DNA of 64,000 nucleotides, taken from IMG/VR virus record IMGVR_UViG_3300022752_000039; one strand, 5' to 3'. The notes under the pieces were generated by a model that worked only from the letters and a program-made list of their open reading frames with translations, had not been told where the DNA came from and searched no databases. Every line of letters begins with the position of its first letter. Position 1 is the first letter of the stretch. Both the position numbers and the translations under genes were made by a program. Origin of the DNA: an uncultured virus (IMG/VR IMGVR_UViG_3300022752_000039). Its lineage: Duplodnaviria > Heunggongvirae > Uroviricota > Caudoviricetes. Below, in pieces: positions 35,612 through 44,558 of this stretch.

Positions 35612-37174
35612 ATGTCAGTACGCAGAGCACAAGATGAGCGCATCGAAGGAAATCCAGATGGCCTCGGAACAATCTCCGAGATCATGGACTTCCCAGATGC
35701 GCCAACAGCAGTAACAGCAACCAACGTAGGCACAGGACGTGGCTACAACAATGGTGCTGCCACTGTTGCCATCACGCCTGCAACGACAGGTGGAACTCCT
35801 GCTACCTATAACGTGATCAGTACACCTGGCTCATTTACAGGAACAGGAACATCCCCTGTCACAGTATCAGGATTACAGTCTCAGACCTCCTATACCTTTA
35901 AGGCTACAGGTGTCACATCTACCAACGTGACTGGATTGCAGTCTGCTGACTCTGCAAGCATTACAGCAACTACCGTACCGCAGGCTCCAACTATTGGAAC
36001 AGCAACATCTCCTTCCTCTACAACTGCCTCTGTTGCTTTCACCGCTGGAGCAACTGGTGGCTCTGCTGTAACTACTTACACAGCGACATCTTCTCCTGGG
36101 TCAATTACAGGAACAAGTGCAACAAGCCCAATTACTGTCTCAGGGTTAACAGCAGGAACTGCTTATACATTTACTGTTACCGCAACTAACGCTAACGGAA
36201 CTTCTACAGCATCATCTGCTTCTAATAGCGTAACTCCTGTTGTACCTCTTGTTGTTACTGGTGGTACATTAACTTCTGATGCTACTTACTATTATCGCGT
36301 ATTTACTGCTAATGGAACATTAGGAATTTCAGGCGGAACACTTACATTTGATTATTTACTAATTGGTGGAGGCGGCGGCGGCGGCAGATGTTTTAGCGGT
36401 TTTCAAGGTTTAACTTGTAATTATGTTGTATCGGCTGGTGGTGGCGGTGGAGCAGGTGGACTTGTTTACAATTCAAATCAAACTTCAAGCACTAACATAG
36501 GAGTGACAGTTGGAGCGGGTGCTACTGGTAATAATGGAACTCCCGTTCAAGGCAATGGTTCATACTTTTTAGTACAAGCATGTGGTGGTGGTCGCGCTGG
36601 TGGCGGTATTCTTTGCGCCGCATGCGCTGGAAATGGTGGAAGTGGTGGTGGAGGAGGCTCTGCTGCTGGCCCAGGAAATACTATGCAAGGCGCAAAAGGA
36701 ACTGGTAATCAAGGTTTTAATGGTGCAGATGGACAATTAAGTTTAAGCCCCTACAAAAGCGTAGGTGGCGGTGGAGGAGGTTCAGGTCAAGTAGGTCAAA
36801 ACCCTAGTGCTGGTACACCTGCAAGAGGCGGAAATGGCGGAAATGGAACAAATAGTTATTCAAGTATTTTATCTGCTATTTCCTCTGTTATGTGTGGTAG
36901 TTGGCAAACTGCTACCTCAGGTGGCAGAATTGCTGGTGGTGGTGCGGGTGGTTATAGCGCTGAAGGTAGTGCAACATTAGCATCAGGCGGTTCAGGCGGT
37001 GGCGCTTCTAGCACTCTTGGTACAATACCTACTGCGGCAACTGCTTACACAGGTTCAGGTGGAGCAGGGCCATCTTTGTCAAATAACATTTACACATGTG
37101 CAATTGTAAGAGGCGGAAGTGCGGGCAGTGGAATTTGTATTGTTAGATACACACGCTCACAGGTAGGTGGATAA
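35612..37174 (+). CDS. Fn3 adhesin 3: two Fn3 domains + glycine-rich domain
   Basis: Fn3 repeats; DYLLIGGGGGGG...GSGICIVRY. Confidence 0.85.
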   Translation: MSVRRAQDERIEGNPDGLGTISEIMDFPDAPTAVTATNVGTGRGYNNGAATVAITPATTGGTPATYNVISTPGSFTGTGTSPVTVSGLQSQTSYTFKATGVTSTNVTGLQSADSASITATTVPQAPTIGTATSPSSTTASVAFTAGATGGSAVTTYTATSSPGSITGTSATSPITVSGLTAGTAYTFTVTATNANGTSTASSASNSVTPVVPLVVTGGTLTSDATYYYRVFTANGTLGISGGTLTFDYLLIGGGGGGGRCFSGFQGLTCNYVVSAGGGGGAGGLVYNSNQTSSTNIGVTVGAGATGNNGTPVQGNGSYFLVQACGGGRAGGGILCAACAGNGGSGGGGGSAAGPGNTMQGAKGTGNQGFNGADGQLSLSPYKSVGGGGGGSGQVGQNPSAGTPARGGNGGNGTNSYSSILSAISSVMCGSWQTATSGGRIAGGGAGGYSAEGSATLASGGSGGGASSTLGTIPTAATAYTGSGGAGPSLSNNIYTCAIVRGGSAGSGICIVRYTRSQVGG

Positions 37175-37551
37175 TGGCGCATTGGGCAGAAATTGATGAA
37201 AATAACATTGTTATTCGAGTAACTGTCGGTGATAACAATGACCCTAATGGTGATGAAGGTTATCAATGGTTAATTGATAATCTTGGCGGTACTTGGATTA
37301 AAACATCTTACAATACTCATTTGGGTAAACACTTAAATGGTGGTACTCCTTTACGCCTGAATTTTGCAGGAATAGGAATGAAATACGATCCTGATTTAGA
37401 TGGATTTATCTTGCATAAAGAGTATGACTCATGGATTTTAGATGAAGAAACAGGTGATTGGAAGCCCCCAATTCCTAAACCTAATGATGGGAAAAAGTAT
37501 TTTTGGCGCGAAAAATTACAAATGTGGGCAGAACCCCCTAATGAGGTGTAA
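37174..37551 (+). CDS. Small partner of adhesin 3
   Basis: MAHWAEIDENNIVIRV...WIKTSYN...RLNFAGIG...PPIPKP. Confidence 0.7.
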   Translation: MAHWAEIDENNIVIRVTVGDNNDPNGDEGYQWLIDNLGGTWIKTSYNTHLGKHLNGGTPLRLNFAGIGMKYDPDLDGFILHKEYDSWILDEETGDWKPPIPKPNDGKKYFWREKLQMWAEPPNEV

Positions 37552-37578
37552 GATAATTCTTAATTACTAGGAGGCGTA

Positions 37579-38277
37579 ATGGAAATTATTTTTACAGACA
37601 TAAGTAATTCAACAGGCGTTTTGGCAAAACCAAAGCCTGCAAGCGAATACATACCTCAATGGTATAAAAATGCAAAATCTTATACAAGTCCTGATGGTAA
37701 AAAAGCACCTTCAATAGAAGGAGGCCCTATTGCTACCATTAAACGCTGTATGCCATTATGGGATTTAATGACCGCTGGATACATTATTGAAACACCTTAT
37801 GACATTTATGTAAGACAAACACCTGACGGGCCGTATTTTCAATGGGGCGAAATGCAAGCAATTGCTTTTCAAACTATGGAACAATTCCAAAATCACCCTT
37901 ACTCAAGAGACATAAATTACGCAGTTAGAATTATTCACCCGTGGAGTATCAAAACCCCTAAAGGTTGGTCAATTTTAGTTTGTGAACCTCAACATCATGA
38001 GCCAGGGCCTATTGTTTGCGCTAATGGGATTGTGGATACAGACGAATTTTCAATACCTTTTAACATGTTTCTTAAATTACGCGATCCAAATTTTGAAGGA
38101 ATGATCCCTGCGGGAACACCTTTCATTCAAGTGATACCTTTTAAGCGTGAAAATTGGACTTCTAAATTGGGCGGAGAAAAAGAAAAATTAAAATACGCTT
38201 CTGATTTTCAAAAATTTCTTACTGTATTCTTTGACCGCTACAAGAAGTTCTGGTGGAACAAAAAAGAGTACAAATAG
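37579..38277 (+). CDS. Conserved phage protein, DUF6065/dUTPase-fold-like
   Basis: IPQWYK, TIKRCMP, PWSIKTPKGWS, GIVDTD, GTPFIQVIPFKRE; family call from memory. Confidence 0.45.
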   Translation: MEIIFTDISNSTGVLAKPKPASEYIPQWYKNAKSYTSPDGKKAPSIEGGPIATIKRCMPLWDLMTAGYIIETPYDIYVRQTPDGPYFQWGEMQAIAFQTMEQFQNHPYSRDINYAVRIIHPWSIKTPKGWSILVCEPQHHEPGPIVCANGIVDTDEFSIPFNMFLKLRDPNFEGMIPAGTPFIQVIPFKRENWTSKLGGEKEKLKYASDFQKFLTVFFDRYKKFWWNKKEYK

Positions 38278-38295
38278 CCGCCCAAGTAAATCCTT

Positions 38296-38321
38296 TTTTT
38301 CCAGTATTGATAGGGGATAAT
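38296..38321 (+). promoter_or_regulatory. Third copy of the candidate late promoter (GATAAT)
   Basis: tttttccagtattgatagggGATAAT-7nt-ATG. Confidence 0.6.
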
Positions 38322-38328
38322 CCTTACC

Positions 38329-38934
38329 ATGCGTGGTAACAAGGTACAGGGACGATTCAAAATCGACTTTGAAAATAGGTCGATCAATGAAGGCATCGTT
38401 GATGAACTTAGAGACCCAGTAGGTACTGAGGTCGACTGGTGGCTATGGGATGATGCAGCCCTTGCTGCAGATTACAACCAGTGGGTCGATCCTATCTACG
38501 ACGTATCCAATCAGACAGATGGTCAAGGTCGTCGTTGGAACGAGCCGTTTAAGTTACCTGTAATCATGGCTCAACAGTTGCGTGGTACCAACATCATGAA
38601 CGAACGAGGCTTCTACACCACAGATACATTGCGCCTAGTAGTTGCTGTGGCAGATATCAATAGACTTCTTCCAGCAATGATCACAGACCCAAGTATTCAC
38701 ATTAAAGACCGTGTCGTATTTCATGACGCCGTATTTGTTCCTACTCGTGTCCTTCCTCGTGGTCTCTACAAGGAGCGCTACTCAGTCGTCACTATCGATT
38801 GCAATCAAGTCAATGCTGAAGAACTCGTTAATGATCCGCAATTTCAATCAACCCCTTACCAGATTGCTGCAACTGTCAATACCAATAACAACTATGGTCT
38901 TGATCTTTACGGCTCTGGTGCGTATGGCTCGTAA
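38329..38934 (+). CDS. Head-closure/neck protein
   Basis: Position; RGFYTTDTL...KDRVVF; C-terminal YGxxxYGxxxYG. Confidence 0.55.
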   Translation: MRGNKVQGRFKIDFENRSINEGIVDELRDPVGTEVDWWLWDDAALAADYNQWVDPIYDVSNQTDGQGRRWNEPFKLPVIMAQQLRGTNIMNERGFYTTDTLRLVVAVADINRLLPAMITDPSIHIKDRVVFHDAVFVPTRVLPRGLYKERYSVVTIDCNQVNAEELVNDPQFQSTPYQIAATVNTNNNYGLDLYGSGAYGS

Positions 38935-38949
38935 GAAAGGTAATCTCTC

Positions 38950-39747
38950 ATGACATTCTCTCTACCTACTAGGGGCCAAGCAAATTGGGATACAACTCTC
39001 AATGCATCTCTGCAGAATCTTAATACTCGTGTGCAGACCATTGAGACTAATACTGGTCTTCAAGGTATTCGAGGTGCTCAAGGCACACAGGGCACACTAG
39101 GTGTTCAAGGCTCTCGTGGTGCCACAGGTGCACAAGGAATACAAGGTACACAAGGCACTTTTGGTATTCAAGGAACATTAGGAGTACAAGGAACTCGTGG
39201 CTCCCAAGGCACACAAGGGACTGCAGGTGCAGGTGGTTCACAAGGAACTGCTGGTGCACAAGGCACTCTTGGAACTCAAGGTACGTTAGGTGCACAAGGA
39301 ACTCGTGGCGCTCAAGGTACAGCAGGAGCGCAAGGAGCAGCAGGGGCTCAAGGAACTCTAGGTACTCAAGGAACCGCAGGTGCACAGGGTACGCAAGGTA
39401 CACAAGGAACCCAAGGCACACAGGGAACTCAAGGAGCACTTGGAACACAAGGAACTCGTGGTGCACAAGGCGTACAAGGGACTACAGGTACACAAGGAAC
39501 TGTTGGCGCACAAGGCGTACAAGGAACTCGTGGACCACAAGGTGTGCAAGGAATTGCTGGTGCTGGATTTGCACAGGCGCAAGGAACTCAAGGTACAAGT
39601 GGATCAAGGGCGTTTGCAACAGGTGACACACAGACCACTGTAGGAAGTGCAGGAGGAGCAAGTGCACTACCAGCAACTCCATCTGGATACATAAAGGTCC
39701 TTATTAACAGTGTGCAGTACGTTATTCCTTACTATCCTCAGTCTTAA
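38950..39747 (+). CDS. Collagen-like fibre (possible neck whisker)
   Basis: LPTRGQANW N-terminus, long G-x-Q tract, C-terminal YVIPYY. Confidence 0.8.
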   Translation: MTFSLPTRGQANWDTTLNASLQNLNTRVQTIETNTGLQGIRGAQGTQGTLGVQGSRGATGAQGIQGTQGTFGIQGTLGVQGTRGSQGTQGTAGAGGSQGTAGAQGTLGTQGTLGAQGTRGAQGTAGAQGAAGAQGTLGTQGTAGAQGTQGTQGTQGTQGTQGALGTQGTRGAQGVQGTTGTQGTVGAQGVQGTRGPQGVQGIAGAGFAQAQGTQGTSGSRAFATGDTQTTVGSAGGASALPATPSGYIKVLINSVQYVIPYYPQS

Positions 39748-39764
39748 TTTAAGAAAGGATTGCC

Positions 39765-39884
39765 ATGGATGAGTTTGAGCCAGAGTTAGACCCAGACCTC
39801 TTTGAGGACGAGGCTGTAGAATTAGAAGACCTAGATTATGACGCCCATGCTCTAGATGAAGAAGAAGATTGGGAGGATTCATAA
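39765..39884 (+). CDS. 39-aa extremely acidic peptide
   Basis: Read manually: MDEFEPELDPDLFEDEAVELEDLDYDAHALDEEEDWEDS; AAAGGA SD; TAATG coupling. Confidence 0.7.
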   Translation: MDEFEPELDPDLFEDEAVELEDLDYDAHALDEEEDWEDS

Positions 39885-40051
39885 TGCCAGCAAAGAAAGT
39901 AAACAAGGGCAAAGTAGAGAAAGTAATGGGAGAGTACAAGGCAGGTAAACTTCATAGCGGATCTAAGAAGGGCCCAGTAGTAAAGTCAAAGAAACAGGCT
40001 GTCGCAATCGCAATGAGCGAATCGGGCATGGCCAAGAAAAAGAAAAAGTAA
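39884..40051 (+). CDS. Lys-rich microprotein (DUF6496-like)
   Basis: KVEKVMGEYKAGKLHSG...KQAVAIAMSE. Confidence 0.75.
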   Translation: MPAKKVNKGKVEKVMGEYKAGKLHSGSKKGPVVKSKKQAVAIAMSESGMAKKKKK

Positions 40052-40278
40052 TGCCTGAGAAGAAGGTAGAGAAGCCAGTAAAGATTGGCATCAAGGTACC
40101 TGGTAAGCCAGCCCGTGAAGTTCACACGATCAAGAAGAACAAGCAGGGTGACGTCATCGTTGACCACGCAAAGCGTGGCGGTGCCTACGACAAGATTAAC
40201 CTGACAAAGAAGGCTGGGGCAAAGACAATTGCCCAAGGAGTAAAGGCGACTAAAGATTGGCATAAGAAGAATGGCTAA
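40051..40278 (+). CDS. Lys-rich microprotein
   Basis: ORF track; TAATG coupling. Confidence 0.75.
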   Translation: MPEKKVEKPVKIGIKVPGKPAREVHTIKKNKQGDVIVDHAKRGGAYDKINLTKKAGAKTIAQGVKATKDWHKKNG

Positions 40279-40534
40279 GTCAGAAGCATGGCAACGTTCA
40301 GAGGGCAAAAATAAAAAGGGTGGATTAAATGAGAAGGGACGCAAGTCCTACGAGAGAGCAAACCCTGGTTCAGATTTAAAACCTCCAGTATCTGCAAAGC
40401 AAGCAAAGAAGTCTCCTAAGTCTGCAGCACGACGTAAATCATTTTGCGCCAGAATGGGCGGAATGCCTGGTCCTATGGAGAAGAACGGCAAGCCAACTCG
40501 CAAGGCTCTAGCATTAAGAAAGTGGGATTGCTAA
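40271..40534 (+). CDS. Lys/Arg-rich microprotein (DUF6321-like)
   Basis: AWQRSEGKN..GGLN..GR...RRKSFCARM...LRKWDC. Confidence 0.75.
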   Translation: MAKSEAWQRSEGKNKKGGLNEKGRKSYERANPGSDLKPPVSAKQAKKSPKSAARRKSFCARMGGMPGPMEKNGKPTRKALALRKWDC

Positions 40535-40680
40535 TGGCAACTAAGAAGACAGATCCTTGCTGGGATGGATACACCCAGGTAGGTATGAAGATGAAGAACG
40601 GCAAGAAGGTTCCAAATTGCGTTCCTGCAAAGGGCGTTCCAAAATCCAAAAAACAAACTAAGAAGAAAGTGAGCAAGTAG
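40534..40680 (+). CDS. Lys-rich microprotein with CW.GY...VPNCVP motif
   Basis: Start refined to ATG 40534 (TAATG). Confidence 0.75.
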   Translation: MATKKTDPCWDGYTQVGMKMKNGKKVPNCVPAKGVPKSKKQTKKKVSK

Positions 40681-40806
40681 ATGTGTGCAGCATGCGGATG
40701 TGGTAAGAAAAAGGGCGAACCAGGATACGGTAAAGGCCCAAAGACAAAGTCAAAGAAGGCATGTACTTGCGGTACTTGCAAGGCTTGTAAAGCAAAGAAG
40801 AAGTAA
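40681..40806 (+). CDS. 41-aa Cys/Lys-rich microprotein
   Basis: Read manually: MCAACGCGKKKGEPGYGKGPKTKSKKACTCGTCKACKAKKK. Confidence 0.7.
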   Translation: MCAACGCGKKKGEPGYGKGPKTKSKKACTCGTCKACKAKKK

Positions 40807-40934
40807 TGTGTGCCACCTGTGGCTGCATGAAGCCTAAAGATAAGCACGGCATGAAGACTCTAGCCGCTGCTAATAAGAAGTTTGCAAAGGCTACAAGTAA
40901 ACCGACTAAGAAGAAGAAGGACAAGAAGTTATGA
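40806..40934 (+). CDS. 42-aa Cys/Lys-rich microprotein
   Basis: Read manually: MCATCGCMKPKDKHGMKTLAAANKKFAKATSKPTKKKKDKKL. Confidence 0.7.
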   Translation: MCATCGCMKPKDKHGMKTLAAANKKFAKATSKPTKKKKDKKL

Positions 40935-41071
40935 AGAAGACTCTTACTCCTAAGCAGATGAAGATCGCTGGGGCTGCAAAGCCAACAGACAAGATCACTG
41001 GTGCTGACTTCAAAGCCCTTAAAAAAGGTAAGGCAGCCAAGATGACTATGAACAAGAAAAAAGGCATGTAG
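40931..41071 (+). CDS. 46-aa Lys-rich microprotein
   Basis: Read manually: MKKTLTPKQMKIAGAAKPTDKITGADFKALKKG...; ATGA coupling. Confidence 0.7.
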   Translation: MKKTLTPKQMKIAGAAKPTDKITGADFKALKKGKAAKMTMNKKKGM

Positions 41072-41322
41072 TGAAATACACCAAAACCTCAGACAAGAAG
41101 CAGGATGCCAAGACCACAAAAGGTCTTGACAAAGAGCAGAAGGCAATGTTTGAGAAGATGGACAAGAAGCACCGCAAGCCTAAGTCTCAAGAAGACGACC
41201 GCAAGATGGACGTGGCCAATGTAAAGAAGATCAAGGCCAAGGAGAAAGCCCACGAAGCCAGGGAAGGCAAGAAGGGCGAGAAGGCCGAGGACAAGCGAGA
41301 GAAGAAGTTCAAAAAGAAGTAG
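41071..41322 (+). CDS. Highly charged Lys-rich small protein
   Basis: ORF track; TAGTG coupling. Confidence 0.75.
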   Translation: MKYTKTSDKKQDAKTTKGLDKEQKAMFEKMDKKHRKPKSQEDDRKMDVANVKKIKAKEKAHEAREGKKGEKAEDKREKKFKKK

Positions 41323-41329
41323 CAAATTA

Positions 41330-41353
41330 GGGCCCTACCAAGGGCCTTTTTTT
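41330..41353 (+). terminator. Rho-independent terminator
   Basis: ggccct-acca-agggcc + T7. Confidence 0.85.
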
Positions 41354-41366
41354 GTATCCTTACTGT

Positions 41367-41750
41367 ATGGGTATGTGGATTCATAGGTTATCAGAAGTAG
41401 ACACAGAGCAAAGAACGGCTACTTGCTCTGAGTGTGGGCCTGTGTTTTTAAGGGCTATGGGGTACAGCACTCAAGGGAAAAAAATGTGGAGGTGTAAAAA
41501 GGCTAGGGTAAAAGAAAGAATTTTTCGTGAAAGACCTTGGATACAATACAAGGGTAAAAAGTGTGAAAGATGCGAGTTTGTTCCAGAACACTCATGCCAA
41601 TTAGACGTTGATCACAAGGATGGAAATAAACTTAATAATGACCCCGCTAACCTTCAAACCCTCTGTGCTAACTGCCACAGATTAAAAACGTATAACAATA
41701 AAGACTGGGAAACAAAAATCCCTGTAGTTAACCACTCAGAACTGCAATAA
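41367..41750 (+). CDS. HNH endonuclease
   Basis: CERC...LDVDHKDG...NLQTLCANCHRLKT; leaderless after TATCCT. Confidence 0.88.
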   Translation: MGMWIHRLSEVDTEQRTATCSECGPVFLRAMGYSTQGKKMWRCKKARVKERIFRERPWIQYKGKKCERCEFVPEHSCQLDVDHKDGNKLNNDPANLQTLCANCHRLKTYNNKDWETKIPVVNHSELQ

Positions 41751-41829
41751 ACTCTTTATCATTGCAATATCAGACCACCGCTGCGGTGCCTGACCACTGT
41801 TCCCACAGGTTGCGATAAGGGGTTTTATT

Positions 41830-42018
41830 ATGGGCTATAAGCCTTGGTATGAACGTGCCGCTGAATTGAACGGCAAAGACGAAGTCGAGAACTTCATGCG
41901 TGGCATGTTCGGCGGTCGTCCTAAAGACAAACAACCAATTATTACTGGTCTTATCGCAGGCTACGTCGGTGGAAAAGTTGCTGGCAAATCCGTTGCGAAG
42001 GCCAGGAAAAAGAAGTGA
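41830..42018 (+). CDS. Small hypothetical protein
   Basis: ORF track; GTGA coupling. Confidence 0.65.
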   Translation: MGYKPWYERAAELNGKDEVENFMRGMFGGRPKDKQPIITGLIAGYVGGKVAGKSVAKARKKK

Positions 42019-42332
42019 AGAAAGAAAACGTCCTTAACGCTATTCATAAAGCAAGTCACGAGACCTCTCGACTTGTAGGAGCGCACCTGCGCTCAGAAGC
42101 CAAAGCAACTGGATGGCCATCGCACGTCGTGAGCGGTATGAGCGTCTCCTACAGCAAGAATGGCTTTGATGCTAACGTCAATGAGAAGCATCACGCAGAG
42201 GCACTCGATCATGAGTATGGAACCCCTAGCAGACAACCAAGTGGGGCAATTCGTCATACAGCAAACCGTACCGCTGAGTCAGAGAATTTCTTAGTTAATC
42301 GCCTCTACAAACATCTTGAGGCTTACCTATGA
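42015..42332 (+). CDS. Neck/tail-completion protein (HK97 gp10-like)
   Basis: DHEYGT..RQP motif; position. Confidence 0.55.
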   Translation: MKKENVLNAIHKASHETSRLVGAHLRSEAKATGWPSHVVSGMSVSYSKNGFDANVNEKHHAEALDHEYGTPSRQPSGAIRHTANRTAESENFLVNRLYKHLEAYL

Positions 42333-43006
42333 GTTTCTTACTAGATGAAGATGAAGCACTACGTGATCTTCTTAAAGACATGTATGTCACTGATCAGAAG
42401 TCAGTTACCACAGATGGCCCACAGCGTAAGGTAGGCGTCTGGTTTGGTCAACCTGATCAAGAAATTCGTAATCAGTCATACCCCTACATTACAATTGACA
42501 TGATTGATATTGCAGAAGCATTTGATCGTGCACATCGTGGACGAGTAAGTCCTGCGTATTACGCAGACCCAACCACTATCGCAACAGGTGTTAACTGGGA
42601 CACGGACCTGCACGATAAGGATATGGATTTTCCTATCCCAGTAAATATTGATTATCAAATTACTACCTATGCACGTCAGCCCCGTCATGATCGTCAGATC
42701 TTGGCGCAGTTGCTGTACACAAAGATTCCACTTCGATTTGCAGTTCTTAACGTTGGGCCAGATACCCAATTTGGAACTGCACGTCGTCTGGATGTTATGG
42801 ATATCTCTAAACGAGATATTACAGAACAAGGAAAGCGTCTATTCGTAAACGCTATCACGGTGCGTATCTCTAGTGAGATTGCTCCAACCACATTCAATAA
42901 ACTATACAAGGTCCAAGAACTCAACGTTACAGGCACAACTGGCAGCCAAATCATTGGTCGTGGCGAGTTTACTGCTGTAGATCCGATCACAATAACGACA
43001 CCATAA
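42329..43006 (+). CDS. Tail terminator/sheath-stabiliser protein
   Basis: YPYITID...PIPVNIDYQITTYAR; directly upstream of sheath. Confidence 0.6.
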   Translation: MSFLLDEDEALRDLLKDMYVTDQKSVTTDGPQRKVGVWFGQPDQEIRNQSYPYITIDMIDIAEAFDRAHRGRVSPAYYADPTTIATGVNWDTDLHDKDMDFPIPVNIDYQITTYARQPRHDRQILAQLLYTKIPLRFAVLNVGPDTQFGTARRLDVMDISKRDITEQGKRLFVNAITVRISSEIAPTTFNKLYKVQELNVTGTTGSQIIGRGEFTAVDPITITTP

Positions 43007-43037
43007 GGAACCCTTACCCAACTAGTTAGGAGAAAAA

Positions 43038-44540
43038 ATGGCATATAGCCGCCCAGGTGTTTACATCAGTGAACGCCTACTACCAGCACCACTCACAGGT
43101 GGTGTCACTGCTAACGCTGCTGGCGCTGTTGTTGCACCTTTTGCACAAGGCCCAGAAGCCGTAACGCTTGTTTCATCTTGGTATGAATTTACTAAGAACT
43201 TTGGAGGCTACAACGCCTCATACCCAGCATCATTTCAAGTTGGATCATTCTTTGCAAACGGTGGACGTGAACTCTACGTCAAGCGCATTCTTGCAGCAGA
43301 CGCAGATGAAGCCGCAGTAAACCTCCTTACATCAGGAAGTCTTGTTGTTGCTACTGTCACATCAAAGAACGCTGGATCAGATGGAAACAACCTACGTGTT
43401 GTTATCACTGCTGGTTCAGTTGCCTCAACATACACATTGACAGTCTACAAAGAGTCAGGTGTAGCAAACAATATTACTGATGACATTCTTCTAGAACGTT
43501 ACGAGAATGTTGTGTTCAACGATTCAACATCTAGCGATTTTGCAGAGACAGTAATCAACCTAGTATCACCAAACATCAGAATCTCAAGTAGTGCTTCTGG
43601 TGTCCCAGTCTCTACTACCTATCCTTTAACAGGTGGATCAAATGGAACTACTCCAGTAGCAACTGATTACACAGCCTACAAAGGAACAGCATCTGCTGTC
43701 TTTGAAGACTTTACATCATTGGATCGTCCACTTGTACTCTTTTTACCTACAGTAAACGCACTTGCAACAGGTGTTGCAGGAGTATTTGACGCAGCAACTT
43801 CATGGGCAGAAAACAACAATGGATTTGTTGTTGTTGATACTGACCCAGATTTAACTGTGGCAAACGCAGTCTCATTTGCTGCTTCTCTTACAGACTCAAG
43901 CAACGCTGCTGTCTACTACCCACACGTATACATCGCTGATCCTCTGGGTCGCGGTGCAGGAGCACTTCGCAAGATTAGTCCAGCAGGTGCTGTAGTGGGT
44001 CTATACCTTGCAACTGATGCAAGCCGTGGAGTCTTCAAGGCTCCAGCAGGTATTGGTTCAGCAATCCAGGGAATTGTTGCTGTAGAGAAGTCATTCTCAT
44101 CTACAGAACTCGACACAATGAACGCAAGCACATCACCAGTAAACCCAATCCGTCAGATTCCTGGCGCTGGTCTTTCTGTTATGGGTGCTCGCACATTGAA
44201 GCAAGATGGCACTGCTAACAAGTATGTCAACATGCGTCGCTCTCTTATCTACATCCGCAAGAACCTCAAGAACCTCACTGAGTTTGCTCTCTTTGAAAAC
44301 AATGAGGAAAAACTGTGGGCACAAATCCGCACAGTCCTCAATAACTTCCTTGGCGAATACAAGAACCAGGGCGGTCTACGTGGCACAACTCCAACACAGG
44401 CTTACTTCGTTAAGTGTGATGCTGAGAACAACAGTGCACAACAAATCGCCAATGGCGAAGTCCATATCCAGGTTGGTGTTGCGTTGCAATACCCAGCAGA
44501 GTTCATTGTCATCGACCTCAGCCAAAAGACGCTGAACTAA
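43038..44540 (+). CDS. Tail sheath protein
   Basis: RPGVYI, FFANGG, AVYYP, GVFKAPAG, GARTL, ALFENN, PAEFIVI. Confidence 0.95.
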   Translation: MAYSRPGVYISERLLPAPLTGGVTANAAGAVVAPFAQGPEAVTLVSSWYEFTKNFGGYNASYPASFQVGSFFANGGRELYVKRILAADADEAAVNLLTSGSLVVATVTSKNAGSDGNNLRVVITAGSVASTYTLTVYKESGVANNITDDILLERYENVVFNDSTSSDFAETVINLVSPNIRISSSASGVPVSTTYPLTGGSNGTTPVATDYTAYKGTASAVFEDFTSLDRPLVLFLPTVNALATGVAGVFDAATSWAENNNGFVVVDTDPDLTVANAVSFAASLTDSSNAAVYYPHVYIADPLGRGAGALRKISPAGAVVGLYLATDASRGVFKAPAGIGSAIQGIVAVEKSFSSTELDTMNASTSPVNPIRQIPGAGLSVMGARTLKQDGTANKYVNMRRSLIYIRKNLKNLTEFALFENNEEKLWAQIRTVLNNFLGEYKNQGGLRGTTPTQAYFVKCDAENNSAQQIANGEVHIQVGVALQYPAEFIVIDLSQKTLN

Positions 44541-44558
44541 AGCGAAGGAGAAAAATAA

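Noticed and set aside
41770..41825. Possible tRNA/ncRNA in the gap after the second HNH
   Set aside because: One hairpin (caccg-ctg-cggtg) but no cloverleaf or T-loop motif
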